Source: Paragordius varius
Lineage: Eukaryota; Animalia; Nematomorpha
Length of the DNA: 64,000 nucleotides
Assembly (NCBI GenBank): GCA_964247055.1
Contig: OZ176058.1
Span: 3,348,001 to 3,412,000, forward strand
Direction: 5' to 3'
Shown: positions 40,851 through 54,815 of the stretch, piece by piece
How positions within the stretch are numbered: the stretch's first letter is position 1
Layout: the number at the start of each line of letters is the position of its first letter
Notes under the pieces: generated by a model
The model's database searches: none
The model's input: only the letters and a program-made list of their open reading frames with translations
What the model was told of the DNA's origin: nothing
Translations under genes and position numbers: made by a program

Positions 40851-43800
40851 GTACTCTATTTTATATTATATATACCATTTACAATTCAAATTCCCCCTTG
40901 AACACTTCAAATTTACCCTTGAACAATTTAAATTCCCCCTTGAACAATCAAAATGCACCCTAAAATAAATTAAGTGTTTTCGGACAGCTTAAAAAATATC
41001 ATTATTAATATGAAAAATACTATAAACTGAAATTATACGGACAAAACGTGAGAACATACAGATTTTTTTTCTAAATGATAACCATACTTTTTACATTTTG
41101 ATTTATTACAATATAACTCATTGTTTTTGATGACAAAGTTTAAAATAGAGATATAAATACAACTAACATCAATTCTTTATTTTACAATTTAACTAAATAG
41201 CTTATTGAGAAAAATTAAGGTTAAACGTTTTGTCTATATAATTTCAGTTTTTACCATATAATTATGACATTGTATTATTTTTTCAGAATAATTTTAAACA
41301 ATTTTTTAATTTTTAAAAATAATTTTTAATCTTAAAAGCACATATATTTTAGGATTAATTTGAATTGTTCAAGGGTAAATTTGAACTGTTTATATATTCT
41401 ATAGCCACAATCATATAAACCACGGGTGGCCAATACATATGGCTTAGCAGGCCACATTTTATAATTGGAAAAAACTCACGGGCCTAATTCACAAAATATA
41501 TGAGAACTGACTAATATTTTATTAAATATCAAACAAAAGACTGAATAAACTACAATTTATTTTAACAATTTTTGCAAGTTCATTATCAAAATTTGGTATA
41601 CAATATATTCAGACTTGAACAAATTCACCCATAAAAATAAATTATGTGATTTTGGGCTTATATAACTCATTATTAATAAGAAATATATCTTTATGGCATA
41701 ATTAAACAAAATTCCATTTTTTTAATATATAAAAAATATAGGTCTTTATTACACTATAAAAACATAATTCTAATTGTTCGAGAGTGAATTTGAATTGTTC
41801 GAGGGTGAATTTGAATTGTTTAACGGTATGTTTAAAGGAGAATTTGAATTGTAAATTGTATATCACAATATTATTATACTGCGACGCTAAAGTATAAAAA
41901 GTTAACCGAAAAAACAATTCGACCGAAAATTAATGGTATCGGATAATTTATTTTGGCAAATAACTTAAGAACCGGATTAAATTTAACAAAAGCCGTTTTG
42001 AAACGGGAAACATACATACCATTTACAGTTCAAATTCACCCTTAAACAATTCAAATTCACCATTAAACAATTTAAATTCGCCCAAAAATAAATTATGTGA
42101 TTTCGGGCTAATATAATTCATTTTTAATAAGAAATATATTCTTATGGTATAGTTTATTATTTTCTCAGTATCTTAATTTAAAATAAAATATTATTTTTAA
42201 AAATATATAAAAATAAAGGTAATTTTTAATCTTAAAAAACAATTTAAGGGTGAATTTGAATTGGTCGAGGGAAAATTCGATTTGTTCAAGGGTGAATTTG
42301 AATTGTGACTGGTATACAATAAATTGACTTGGAACTGGAACAGATAATGGGCTTGCTTTCATAACTCGGTTTTTTTAATTTATTTACAGTAAATATTTAT
42401 ACGGACAAAACGTAAAAATAAAGACAAATATTAATTTCTAAAAGACAACTATATTTTTTGAATCTTTATTTTTTAAATATAAGTGGTTGTTTTAAACTGC
42501 AAAATATATACTAGAATTATTAGCACAATCAATTATGAGTTTACGATTGTAATAAAATATTTTATAGAAATTAAGGTTTGAAAAAGTATGGTTGTCTTTG
42601 GGAGAAAAAATATTTGCCTTTATATTTTTACGTTTTGTCTGTATAATTTCAATTTTTATTGTATTTTATTTATTGTCACATGGAGTTTAGATCTGTATGT
42701 GAAGAGCAAAGCGAAGAAAATTTGGTTGATTCTGTTAATTCCTTGTCTGAATCAAAATTAGAGTCACACACCTTATGCGTTAATAAGTCAATTGTTATTG
42801 AGAAACCAGGAAAAATGTTGGAGCCAGACAATACTTTTATGCAGCCCAAACTTAAGAAATCAAGTAGTACTATAAAAATTGAGATTATACTGACAAAACG
42901 TAATAATTGAATACGTAAATATTTTTTTTTACATTATGAGTAAGTATACATTGCTAGAAAGTTATTAATTATTGCCAAAAAGTATATACAACAAGGGAGG
43001 GCAGTATTCTTGGCTTATAATAGTAAAAAGTGAAAAAATAGCTATATGTCAATAATACTGCCCTTTGTTGTATTTACTATTTGGCAATAATTAATAACTT
43101 TCTAGCAATGTATACTTACTCATACTTAACACAAAGGTTAATAAATGATTATCACGAAAAAACAAAAGAATATCCAAATGAAAAAAATAATTTGCACATG
43201 GTTAAAGAATTATGTAATATACCATGTACGACTCTTAATGATTTGTATCTACGTACACATTTAACATAATTTTAAAATCATTTGCTAATCAATTTTTTCA
43301 TTTGAATATTTGTTTTTTTTTTCGTAATAAATATTAATAATTTTGCTTGTAAAAACATTGCTTTAAATCCTATTATATTTTGCAATATAAAACTTTTCGC
43401 TTTGATTTGCGTAATGGCTATCAGCGATATAAAATAGTCATAGTGTGATAATGCAAGGTTTACAAATGTATGAAAAAATATTCTTCTTTATATTTTTACG
43501 TTTTATTTGTATAATTTTCAATTTTTTACATTGTTAATGTTTAAAAGTTTTACAGTAATAACTGAAATAATACAGACAAAACGTAAAAATATAAAGACAA
43601 ATATTTTTATCAAACGACAATCATAGTTTTTTTAAAAACCTTAATTTTTGCTATAAAAAATATTTAATTACAATCGTAAACTATATAATTGATTTTGATA
43701 CCAATTTACATTTCTATAATCTATTTTGCATAAAACAATCAGTTATATTTAAAACAATCATAATCAAGATATAAAAATATGGTTGTTTTCTAGAAAAAAT

Positions 43801-46800
43801 ATTGTCTTTATATTTTTACGTTTTGTCCGTATAATTTTAATTTTTACTGTAACATCCTCATACGTTTAGGTTTCCAAACGAGAATAGACGCAAATCATGC
43901 AATCTTTCTGCCTTTAGGGGCATCAGGGACCCTTCTCATCATGTTTTATTTCTTCAATTCGATTCAAATTGCTTTAACTCTAATTACAATTTGTAAGCCA
44001 CATCACATTTTTTTTAAAATACCTTTTTACAAATTTCAATAGTTTTAAGAGATTATATACCGTAATCATTTGTTTTTCTTAAGCTAAAAAATGGTAAAAC
44101 ATATCATTTTAATTTTTTTGTTTTATAATTTTTTTTTGAAAGTTTTTGTTAAAGATAAGCCATTTTGGGCTATATACATTTAATCATGATTAACTGAAAA
44201 TTTAACTAAACAAATGATCATTTTGAATAACTGATTTATAAAATAATGGGTAACCCCTAACCAAAAACAATCCCGTTCTTGTTTCCCCAAAAATATTATA
44301 TTTAAAACAATGATTTACAATTTTAATGTTTTTTTGGGGGTTAATTTTTCATCATAATTATATCATAAACGTATAAAAAATATTTTTTAAACCACTTCTC
44401 TTATATATCTTAACACTTAATTAGTATTTACTATAGTTTTCAAGCCAGACCGATTTAAATTCAAAAATTAAATATTAAATAATAATCACTAATGATTCAT
44501 ATAGTAGATTTCTAATATCGACCCTTAACTTAGTGGGCTATTTAATTCTTATAATGTTTTGACAGATTTTTGCTAATTATTATTTACAAAAATGATTTTT
44601 TAACTCACTGAAATAAAGAAACATAGTGATTTTGGACTATATACAGTATGAAATTATACGGACAAAACGTAAAAATATAAAGACAAATATTTTTTTCCAA
44701 AAAACAACAATAATTTTTAAAACCCTTGTTTTTGTTATTATTTAATTATAATCGTATTATATAATTGATTGTGCTACCAATTTACATTTCTATTTTATAT
44801 TTTGCAGTTTAAACAATCAGTTTGATTTAAAAAAATCAAGATTCGAAAAATATGGTTGTCTTTTAGGAAAAAATATTTGTCTTTATATTTTTATATTTTG
44901 TCCGTATAGGTCAATTTTTAGTTGTAAAACTAGCCATTTCATCTAATGGATTTATCAATCTGGCATAAGCCCCATGCTTTTGATAAGGGAAATCAAAAGA
45001 TATAAATTGTTAAATTATTTAATTTGCACATTAGGGTTATAAATTATTAAAATTTAATAGTGGGATTCGCAAATATGTATTTTATAAAATTTCTAACAAT
45101 ATTTAACGCCCTATGATTATAATTTTCATATATATTATCTACAGTTGTTACATGGTTAGCTTTGGCATATCTCATTCTACCAATTTCTTCCAAGCTTTGC
45201 GCATTGTTTTATGCCTGTTTATTTGGGAGGTAAGAATATAATTCAATATAAAAAAATTACATATATTTTACACACAATAGTTAAGGCTTAAATTTAAACC
45301 GCCTAATCATACCAAATTTTGGTGTGTTCTTTTAGCATTTCTTTCATTTAATGTTTTATGCATAATTTTAATTTCAATACCACCAAGCATACTTTGAAAA
45401 GATTAACACTTTTGAAAACACTTTTCGTAATATCATATGTTTAAGCTTTTTCATATTTTAAATCTACTAGCTATTTTTATAAATCCAAGTGTTATATATA
45501 AAACGTTTGATTTTCATTTAAAAAACTCTTTGAAAAAATCAATGCATTGCATAAAAATTTTAGGCCTGACCGACAAAAAACTGAATATGGTTTATTACCC
45601 AAACATACCTTAGCCCTTGCATTTTCGTGCATATTTATCGTTTTCTGGATTAGCAGCGGTAATGGGAATTGGATTTCCACAAATATATTAGCGGGGGCTT
45701 TAGCCGTTGCATTTATCCGTTTTGTGCGAATCCCTTCATGGCGAATAGCTCTCATTCTATTGAACGGTCTAGTCCTCTACGATATTTTTTGGGTTATATA
45801 AATTTTACATAGTAGTATTCAAGCAGCGGTCTTAAAAGTATTTTTATGACCCTCAATTATTTTTAACTTTATTAGAGTAAAAACTGAGTTTATACGGACA
45901 AAACGTAAAAATATAAAGACAAATATTTTTTTCTAAAAGACAACCACTACAATTTTTGGTGAGTACCACTCATGTATTGTAAAATTTGAAAATAAAATGG
46001 ATAATTATACAATAAACCATGTTTTAACCTAAATTTTTCTTATACTTTTGCCTTGACAAAGCAAGTGTTTAGTAACTCATGAATTTTTATCCTATTATTT
46101 TAATCATATGGGTTAAGTAGAAAAAAGGCCAAACACGATTTATTTATAAAATATTTTTGTGTTTTACTTTTTATTTTTTGCCTTTTATAATATAGTATTT
46201 TTTAATGTAATTATTACACAAACCAAACGTACCAATTAATAGCCATGTATTTTTAAAAAACGCAAACATTTTTTAAATGTTGGTTTTCTTAAAAGAAAAT
46301 CGTTTTGGGTTAAATAAGGAATATATATGTACTTTAGAGCTAGATAGGCTAAATGACGGCTTCGCTGTCTTTTTTTAAAGTAAAAATTGAAATTATACGG
46401 AAAAAACGTGAAAATATAAAGACATTTTTTTTTTCAAAAGACCCGCTATACTTTTAATATAACTCATTGTTAAAAATTACCAGGTGAAAAATTATTGTTA
46501 ACACAATTAGCTATGTATTTTAGAATTGTAATTATAAAATTTGCATAGGATGAATTAAGATTTAAGCTGAAAAAAATATTTGTCTTATGTTTTTACGTTT
46601 TGTTCGTATAATTTTTACTATATATATTTCCCTAGTTTTAACGAGTAGTCTTTATGTAATATGTGAACAGGAATATACATTTACTTGAATATCATTAATT
46701 ATATTCATATGCTAACTGTTAATGTTAAAATTGATATTTAAAATTTTCAAGGTGTTATCACGTAAAATTAAACTCTTAACCTTTGTGTTAAGCTTTAAAG

Positions 46801-49800
46801 GAATATAAGCCAATTTTTTCATTTTTGTAAAACATCTTGCCAATATAAAAAAATATAATTTACTTTAAACATGTTTTAGGTATTTTTATCTTCGTTTTTG
46901 TTTAATAAACACAATGTCATGTTGGATGTTGCCATGTATAAAGCCAGGAACCCGTTTTCCCATTTATTTGGAGCTAAATCAAAGTTCCCCTCAGATATAA
47001 TATCTGGAAAATCCACTAATGCATTAAATACGATTTCAGAACCAACGCTAAATTTGGAATACATCGATTTGAAATCCACCATAAATCATAAAAAAATTGA
47101 TTATGTTAAGGATGAGCCCTCGAATGAAAACAGGGTATTATTTGTCCAACAAAAAATGGTACAATACCGTAAACGGAACAATCTCTATATGCAAAAGGCA
47201 TCAATGCTTCACATTAAAATTATAAAAATTGCAAAATCAAAAACTCGACCACCAAAGAAAAAGCCTATTGTTTTAGTGCGAAATCCGCGGGCCTCAAGTT
47301 TGTTTTAAGAGCTTTTGCAATTTATTTTTTTACAAAGCATTAATTTAATACTACCCTTGCTTAACACTACAATATTTTAGAATCTTAAAAAAGTACAAGC
47401 AGGATATTATGTAAAATTTGATAGTCAAGGGATATTAAAAGCCTTGCAATAAAATTCAGGTGTACTGTAAAAATTGAAATATACGGAGAAAACGTAAAAA
47501 TATAAAGACAAATATTTTTTTCTAAAAGACAACCATATTTTTCGAATCTTAATTTTTTTAATATAACTGATTGTTTTAAACTGGAAAATATTAACTCGAA
47601 ATATAAATGTAAATTGGTAGCACAATCAATTATGTAGTTTACGTTTGTAATTAAATATTTTATATAGCAAAAATTAAGGTTTTTAAAAGTATGGTTGTCT
47701 TTAGAAAAAAAATATTTGTCTTTATATATTGACGTTTTGTCCGTGCAATTTCAGTTTTTACTGTAAGTATAATACTACTCTATTTAGCACTACATATTTT
47801 AGTATCTTAAAAAATTACAAGCGGATATTCTGTAAAATTTAATAGTCAAGGGATATTAAAAGCTTTGAAATAAAATTCAGTTGTATATAATTTTGAAAAT
47901 GAATTACAGTACAGAGGAAAGACTTTTAAAATGGGCTATTTTATAGAATGTTTCAATAAAAAAATTACCTAGCGATTATAAAGTATACTATAACAAATTT
48001 TTATTACTTTATTAATTCCATTTAGTAATACATGGTGATTTACTCAGTTTTCGTACACAAATATTTTAATTTAAAATATTAATCATCACATATAAATATA
48101 AACAAAATTATTCCATTGTATAATTGGAATTTCTACATTAGTCTAAAGCAGTGGTTCCCAACAGGGGGCGCGAAAAATTTGGAGAAATTTAAAAAGAAAC
48201 AATTTGAAGGATTTCAAGTGCAAATTATTAGGATTTGTCACTTATATGAAAAAATATTATAAAAGTTGCAAAACAAGGATCTTATTGATTCGGATTTTTA
48301 TAATATTATAATAAATTTTACAATTTTATCTTGAATTTGTTTGAGGGGAGGGCACAAGAATTTTTGTTTTTAATTTGGTAAGGCGTAAACAAAAAAAGGT
48401 TAGGAACCTCTGGTCTAAAGTTTGAAATTCTGGAACTATCAGTTGCTAAAAATTACATTACCGATTCGCTGTCAAAACACATTTGTTAGATAATTTTTGT
48501 TCTTATCATATTATGTTTTTTATATGCCACTATAAGTTTATACCCTAAAAAATTTGGGCAAAAAGTCGGAGGGAAACTTGTCATTGTAAAAAAGGCCATA
48601 GAATGTACTTTTAAAATTTACTCTAATATCATATAAATTTTAGGATATTTAGTTAAATTACCTTATAAGTTAATGAGATGTTGAAGTTTTACCTTTTTAT
48701 AAAATTTTTGCCACAATAGATGATTTGGACGATAAAGATAGAATGGTTGTCCCTAATCGAGAAATAATTCCTTCATTATCAAGAAGCATGTATTCATCAC
48801 CTCAAATAATCACATTACCACTAAAACTCATTTTCCCAAGGTAAAGTTTTTTATCAAAAATGACATCTTTAAAAAACACATTTGCTTATTTTACACTTTT
48901 GTTTGCTATGCCTTTTTTCACAGGGGGTGTTACGCGCCCTCGAAAAATAAATAAATCTATAATTTGTAAAAACAGCTAATAAATTTTTAGTAAAGTTGAT
49001 ACTTACAGTAAAATTTGAAAATATACGGACAAAACTTAAAAATATAAAGTCAAATATTTTTAGATAACCATACTTTTTAAAACCTTAATTTTTCTTATAT
49101 AAGCTATTTAGTTACAATTGCAAAATAAGAATTGATTGTGTTAGTAATATATATTTCTATTTCAGACTTTGCCATTTAAAACAATGATTAATATAATGAA
49201 ATAACGCAAGTTTTAAAATGTATGATTGTTTTGTAGAAAATATTTGTCTTTATATTTTTACGTTATAATTTCAGTTTTTACTGTATATTATTCCTTAAAA
49301 AGTCTGTCCTTTGACAATATACAATATAATACAAGTGGATTGTGTTTTCTGCTTTATATATTTTAGGCCCGCCGGTTTTTTGAGACAAATTTTGAAAGCA
49401 AATTTTTTAACCCTTGATTTAATATATAGCAAAATCAAATTTTGAGTATAAACTTAAAAATTCAGAGTTATTTTTGATCCTATTTGTAACCTGTATTAAA
49501 ATATTACATTGAGTATGTTACCATATTCCTTTATTTTATCAAAATTTTTTTTTGTTAAATAGGTATAAAGATTTGATAAATGAAAAAAACAAGAGCTCTA
49601 TGGTAATTCTTATACTTTTTTGATTAATATGAGATTGTTAATACCATAGAGCTCTTGTTTTTTCCATTCTTTACCAAATATTTAGACCCATTTAACAAAA
49701 ATAAACTTTTGATTAAATAAAGGACACATAACTGTATTTCGTTCACATTATTTTACATTGAAAAGGAATAGATTAAAAATTAAAATTATACGGACAAAGC

Positions 49801-51728
49801 ATAAAGACAAATTTTTTTTTAAAAGATAACCATGCGTTATAAATCTTATTTTTTTATTTTAACTTACTATTTAATATTGAATATTGTGTAATTAAGATAT
49901 AAAATACTAACAACATCAAATTAATATTTTACAATCATAATTAAATAGCATACAAAGGAAAAACTAAGGTTTGACAATTTTTACTGTAAATAAAAATATG
50001 GCATTTCAAAGTTATATTTGATTTAATATTTACCTTAAATTTCAATTTTTATGTACATGCATTTTAACAATACACTATAGTTCACAAAAAACAAATCATT
50101 TTTCAATGCTTGGTTTGGGGGATATAGTGATGCCCGGGCTCCTTATATGCTTTTTACTTCGATTCGATTTATTCCTTGCGATTTGGCACACCAAGACGAC
50201 AACACTAAACAATTACGATAATAATTTTGAGGAGAAAACTAAAACTTTTATTATGTGTAGTAGGGAGACGAAAAGATTAATACATTTGTCTTATTTTACA
50301 GTTGGTCTTTTGTCTTACATAGCTGGATTACTATTGGCTTGCTATGTTTCGGAAACATGGGTTAAGCCTCAACCAGCTTTGTTGTATATCGTACCTAGCA
50401 TACTCCTATCGACTTATCTCAAAGCAAAATTCAACGTAAGCTCTAGTTGATTAAATATATACTATACTATACATCTATCCTAAAACACAAAAATAAAATA
50501 TTTTTTTGGCTTATTATTTTTTGAAAATGTATTTAATAAAATTAGGATCAAAAATAAATCATAATTTATTGTCTGACCATTTATCTATGCACTGGTTCAC
50601 TGTTAATTTAAATGAGAATACAAAATATATTTGTAAATACATTAGAATATAGAGAAATGTATTACAACAAAAATTGAAATTATATAGACAACACATATAA
50701 GCATAAAGACTAATATTTTATTTGAAACAACCGCTGCACATTTTTAGTGGTTTTTTAATTATAACGCATTGTTTTAATTGTAAAATGTGTCATAGGAATG
50801 TAAAATGGTAACACAAATTATATATATACTTTACGCGTGTGAATATTTAATTTATATATAAGAAAACTAATCTTTTAAATGTAACTCATTATTTGGCGGT
50901 TTCCAAATAAGGAAGAGATAAATAATTATATATTTCGAAATCGTAATTGGAAATTTTAGTTCATAGTATGATTGTTTTTCTAAAAAAATTTCTCTTTCTA
51001 GTCTTTTCTTTATTATTAAAATTTTTAATGAAAATTATTTAATATTAACAAAGATTTAGTTACATAATTTCATTTTATTTAAATTATACGGATATTTTAA
51101 AAGTGATAAACATGTATAAATTTAAAATTTTTAACATAAATTTGTCTACCACCCAGGAAATACATTTTCTTTGTTTTTTTAATATTACTGGACATGGCTT
51201 TATAATTCATTTCTAATATAGAGTATGCATTTTAATGGTTGCTCATTTCATTTAGTAGGAAATTTATGGAAAAAAACACAAAATGTTGAAAAAAAATCAT
51301 TTCCTTTCTTTTTTCCATACACTCCTGTGTTGCGAATTACCCTATAGTGTAAAATAAGCAACCATTAAAATGCATACTGTATTATTTAATAGATTTTTTG
51401 GCTATACTACGTTTAACTTATATTTTTAATTAGAAACTTTTTTTACAGTAAAAACTTAAAGTATAAGGACAAAACGTCCAAATATAAAGAAAATTTTTTA
51501 TAAAGACAATCATACTTTTTAAATCTTGATTATTTTAATATAACTCATTGTTAATGGCAAAGCCTGGATTGATATATATTAATAACACAATCAATTCTTC
51601 ATTTTACAATTGTAACTAAATAGCTTATATGAGAAAAATTAAGGTTTTAAAAAGTATGGTTAACTTTATAAAAATATATGTCTTTATATACGTTTTGTCC
51701 ATATTATTTCAATTTTTACTGTAAATTT

Positions 51729-51770
<42 letters not shown>

Positions 51771-51824
51771 ATAATTCATGTTTTTTAGAATGAAATTGAT
51801 ATGTTATGGACCGCTAACCTTTAA
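40774..51824 (+). CDS. SPPL3: Signal peptide peptidase-like 3 (GxGD aspartyl intramembrane protease), 9 exons, about 495 or 538 aa
   Basis: Exons 40774-40850, 42691-42863, 43870-43992, 45145-45229, 45564-45792, 46880-47168 (or -47297), 48720-48840, 50081-50435, 51789-51824; phases are consistent. Motifs LYDIFW, GLGDIVMPG, QPALLY. SPPL3-type N-terminus WAFEMSQV...AYASNR, AIFLPLGASGTLLIMFYFF and TLPLKLIFP. Confidence 0.9.
42691..42863 (+). CDS. SPPL3: SPPL3 exon 2 (hydrophilic loop)
   Basis: gtttag|A TCT GTA...TCA A|gtagta; donor could be 3 nt further downstream; phases 2/1 fit the neighbours. Confidence 0.7.
42937..43122. mobile_element. Hairpin MITE with perfect 42-bp outer arms, TA-flanked
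   Basis: TGAGTAAGTATACATTGCTAGAAAGTTATTAATTATTGCCAA and its exact reverse complement ending at 43122; imperfect pairing continues inward. Confidence 0.8.
43870..43992 (+). CDS. SPPL3: SPPL3 exon 3: FQTRIDANHAIFLPLGASGTLLIMFYFFNSIQIALTLITI
   Basis: gtttag|GT...T|gtaagc. Confidence 0.9.
45145..45229 (+). CDS. SPPL3: SPPL3 exon 4: VTWLALAYLILPISSKLCALFYACLFGR
   Basis: ctacag|TT...AG|gtaaga. Confidence 0.85.
45564..45792 (+). CDS. SPPL3: SPPL3 exon 5 with the catalytic YD motif
   Basis: FVRIPSWRIALILLNGLVLYDIFW|gttata. Confidence 0.92.
46880..47168 (+). CDS. SPPL3: SPPL3 exon 6 (VFLSSFLFNKHNVMLDVA...ARNPF plus an insertion); alternative end at 47297
   Basis: ttttag|GTA; two phase-1 donors, GTAAAC at 47169 and GTTTGT at 47298. 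Confidence 0.75.
48149..48412. mobile_element. hAT-superfamily MITE with an intact 8-bp TSD
   Basis: TSD GTCTAAAG at 48141-48148 and 48413-48420. TIRs CAGTGGTTCCCAAC and GTTAGGAACCTCTG. Central TA in the TSD is typical of Buster/Charlie-type hATs. Confidence 0.88.
48720..48840 (+). CDS. SPPL3: SPPL3 exon 7: ...SPQIITLPLKLIFP
   Basis: caatag|AT...CCA AG|gtaaag; matches the LPGKLVFP motif. Confidence 0.85.
50081..50435 (+). CDS. SPPL3: SPPL3 exon 8 with the GLGD and QPALLY motifs
   Basis: ctatag|T TCA CAA...AAC|gtaagc. Confidence 0.93.
51731..51763. repeat. (TA)n microsatellite; others at about 7431-7450, 15374-15406, 53449-53482, 58972-59000, 60125-60145 and 62146-62166
   Basis: Pure TA dinucleotide runs. 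Confidence 0.95.
51789..51824 (+). CDS. SPPL3: SPPL3 terminal exon: NEIDMLWTANL*
   Basis: tttttag|AAT; aligns with the SPP-family DL..MW C-terminal motif; phase 0. Confidence 0.7.
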   Translation, partial: NEIDMLWTANL

Positions 51825-53443
51825 ATCTTTTTGAAATGCACGGCGACGATTTATGGCAAAAACTACATTTGCCATTTTATTATTCCTACTAGTCTCTCCA
51901 TGTGAATACATCAAACATCTGCATTTATAACCTCTTTATAACTGGATATTTTATTTTTCCTAAATAAATTTTATTGAGTGATATATTTTATTAATCATTT
52001 TTTATCCTGTAATTGATTGGCCATACGGTTTAAATATAACTTTTGTAGGTGATTTTGAAAATGTTTTAGAGATACTGTAAAAATTGAAATTATACGGACA
52101 AAACGCAAAAATATACAGACAAATATTTTTATCTAAAAGACAACCATACTTTTTAAAACCTTAATTTTTCTCATAGAATTGTTTGTGTTAGTAATATATA
52201 TCTCTATTTCAGACTATGCTAATTAAAACAATGAGTTATATTGAAATAAATTAAAATTTAAAAAGTATTTTAGAAAAAAATATTTGTCTTTATATTTTTA
52301 CGTATCGTATCATTTCAACAATCAAACTAATTTTACTTTGTTTATAACAAAAAACTTTTGGAGGCATATATTTTGGTATATAAATAAATTTGGGTTATTT
52401 GTCTGGAGCAGGTATCTTTAAGACGCGGCCGTCCAAAATATTTCCGGCCAACGAGAAATTTTAATTATAAAAATTTACGAAATCTAAGTAAAATTGATTT
52501 TGTTAAACAAACTCTAAATCTTTCCAAATTTTGGCAATGAACTAACAAAAAAAATATTAAAATAAATAGTAGTTTTTGCAATGATATATATAAAAATCAT
52601 AAAATATCAGTAAATGTCCATGGTCCGTCGACTTTTTTGACCAGAAAAGGCGGTCCATAAAGCCAATTGTGTTAAATGGTCTTGAGGGGTTTAAACTAAA
52701 AAAGTATTATTTTACAAGTCAATATAGTAAACTTTATAAACTAATCATTAAAGTCTTGTAAGTATTTAGATACAAACAATTAGGTAACTTCAAACATTAT
52801 TGAAATCCGGTATCCACAAATTTCTTTAATTATAATTCGTGAACTCTAGTTAATTTTATGTTTTACTTATGGAAAATTTTCCAAAATATTTTTTAATATA
52901 AGCCTCAGAACTCATATTTGGCGGTTAGATGTTTGAGATGGGAATATTATATATTATATACAATTTAAGTTTAAACTCACCCTTAAACAATTCAAATTTA
53001 CCCTCGAACGATTCAAATTCACCCTTAAACAATTAAAATTTACTCTAAAAATAAATTTTATGTTTTCGAACTAATACCTCATTATTAATATGACATATAT
53101 CTGTGGGTATAGTTTATTATTTTTACAGTATTATTTTAATTTAAAATAAATTTTTATTTTTTAAAAATATAAAAAAATCAAGGGAATTTTTAATCTTGAA
53201 AAACATATATTATATTTGAGGGTGAATTTAAAGGGTGAATTCAAATTGTAAATGGTAGTATATTATATTAAATTAGACACACGTTGAAGATCCCACTCGT
53301 TTCTCTAAAAATATTAAATTATGATTTGGATGTAAACATCAAAAAATATTAAAAGTTAAAAATATATACACTTTATATAATTTAAATGTTTAATTTAATT
53401 TTATCTTGAGACATTTATAAAATAACTAAATCAAACTGAATCA

Positions 53444-53480
<37 letters not shown>

Positions 53481-53485
<5 letters not shown>

Positions 53486-53751
53486 TAAAAATTGAAATTA
53501 TACGGACAAAACGTATTTTTCTAAAAGACAACCATATTTTTTGAATCTTGATTTTTCTAAATCTAACTGATTGTTTTAAATGGCAAAGTCTGAAATGAGG
53601 TATATATTACTAACAAAATCAATTCTTTATTTTTCGATTGTAATTAAATATTTTCTATATGAAATCTAAAAAGTAAGGTTGTCTTTTTTTAAAAAAAATA
53701 TTTGTCTTTATATTTTTACGTTTTGTCCGTATAATTTCAGTTTTTACTGTA
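53481..53751. mobile_element. MITE-B, Tc1/mariner-type (about 270-300 bp; at least 25 copies or fragments in the window)
   Basis: TA|CAGTAAAAATTGAAATTATACGGACAAAACG...CGTTTTGTCCGTATAATTTCAGTTTTTACTG|TA. Others include 5831-6116, 13989-14229, 23985-24276, 32231-32500, 32681-32943, 37031-37294, 42385-42663, 43551-43851, 44642-44923, 47463-47765, 49004-49285, 51445-51723, 56443-56712, 57808-58103 and 63889-end. Confidence 0.9.
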
Positions 53752-54565
53752 TTATACAGACGACGCGTAAAAGTACACTCAATTATTAATTTATCCAATT
53801 CAAAAAAAGATTTCTTAAAATAAGGCAAAAATTTAAAATTGTTTTTTTTTAAATTATGCGGATTTTTAAATAATGCGAGTCCTATTTTGTAGATAAGTTT
53901 TTAGAATCTTTTATCTGATATAATGTATAAAAATATTGGCTAAAATTAAAAAAAACCAACTCTATACTTATATAAGGCATAAACTTATTTATATGCGGTA
54001 CTAATAGATTTCAATCATTATACATTAGACCTCTGCTTGAACAGATAAAAAATTCTGTAAAGTTATTTCAATAATTAAATTTTTTTTATATTTAAATGTC
54101 CTAAAATATTATATTAATTTGAATTCGATGTGGCTTTATTTTGTGGTTTTTAAATATAAAACCTTCACTTTAAACGTTTAAATGTTAAAAAAACCTTTAT
54201 AAAAATTAACCAAAAAATTTGCATACTCTATAGAGCGAAGTTTTAAAAATAATATTATAAATTTAAGAAAATTGAAAAACAAGGTTAGATACCACATATA
54301 TATGAAGAGATAAGTATAATAGCATATATCACTTTGATTTAAGCATTTTGAATAATATCTTTCCACGGCTAAAGTATTTTCAGATATTCACAGCAAACAA
54401 TTTATGACTGTCAATTAACCACACATAACCTTATAATATTTGAAATTACTATATTGTAATAGAATTAATTATCGAATTTACTCAATTTACTCACCCTTAA
54501 ATCGAAAATTGGGTAAAATTGAGCCAATTATTTCTTAACGTAAATTTCATCAATTATCCTAAACA

Positions 54566-54815
54566 ATGTCAATGGTTGGAATATCTCTTTTTGTTCGCAC
54601 AGAAGCTATCCAGCTTATGTTAGTATCGTTAATGCTATTGCAAGCCATTCAATTAATATCGCCTGTTCCTATCGATACCTTTGGGAAGAAACAAGATGTC
54701 CAAATTCCTTTGCAAGTCAAAAATTCGACTTTTTCTGCCATTAACGAGAGTTTACCCATGTCAGATCAAAAACATCCATTACCAAATAATAATTTAGTAC
54801 CCAATGATGTTACTG
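54566..54815 (+). CDS. CTLD gene exon 1 (signal-peptide-like segment plus spacer)
   Basis: LMLVSLMLLQAIQLISP hydrophobic stretch; G|gtatga. Confidence 0.65.

Noticed and set aside
50436-50450. SPPL3 ending unspliced at NVSSS*
   Set aside because: A strong GTAAGC donor and a homologous terminal exon at 51789-51824 fit better. It remains possible as a minor retained-intron form.
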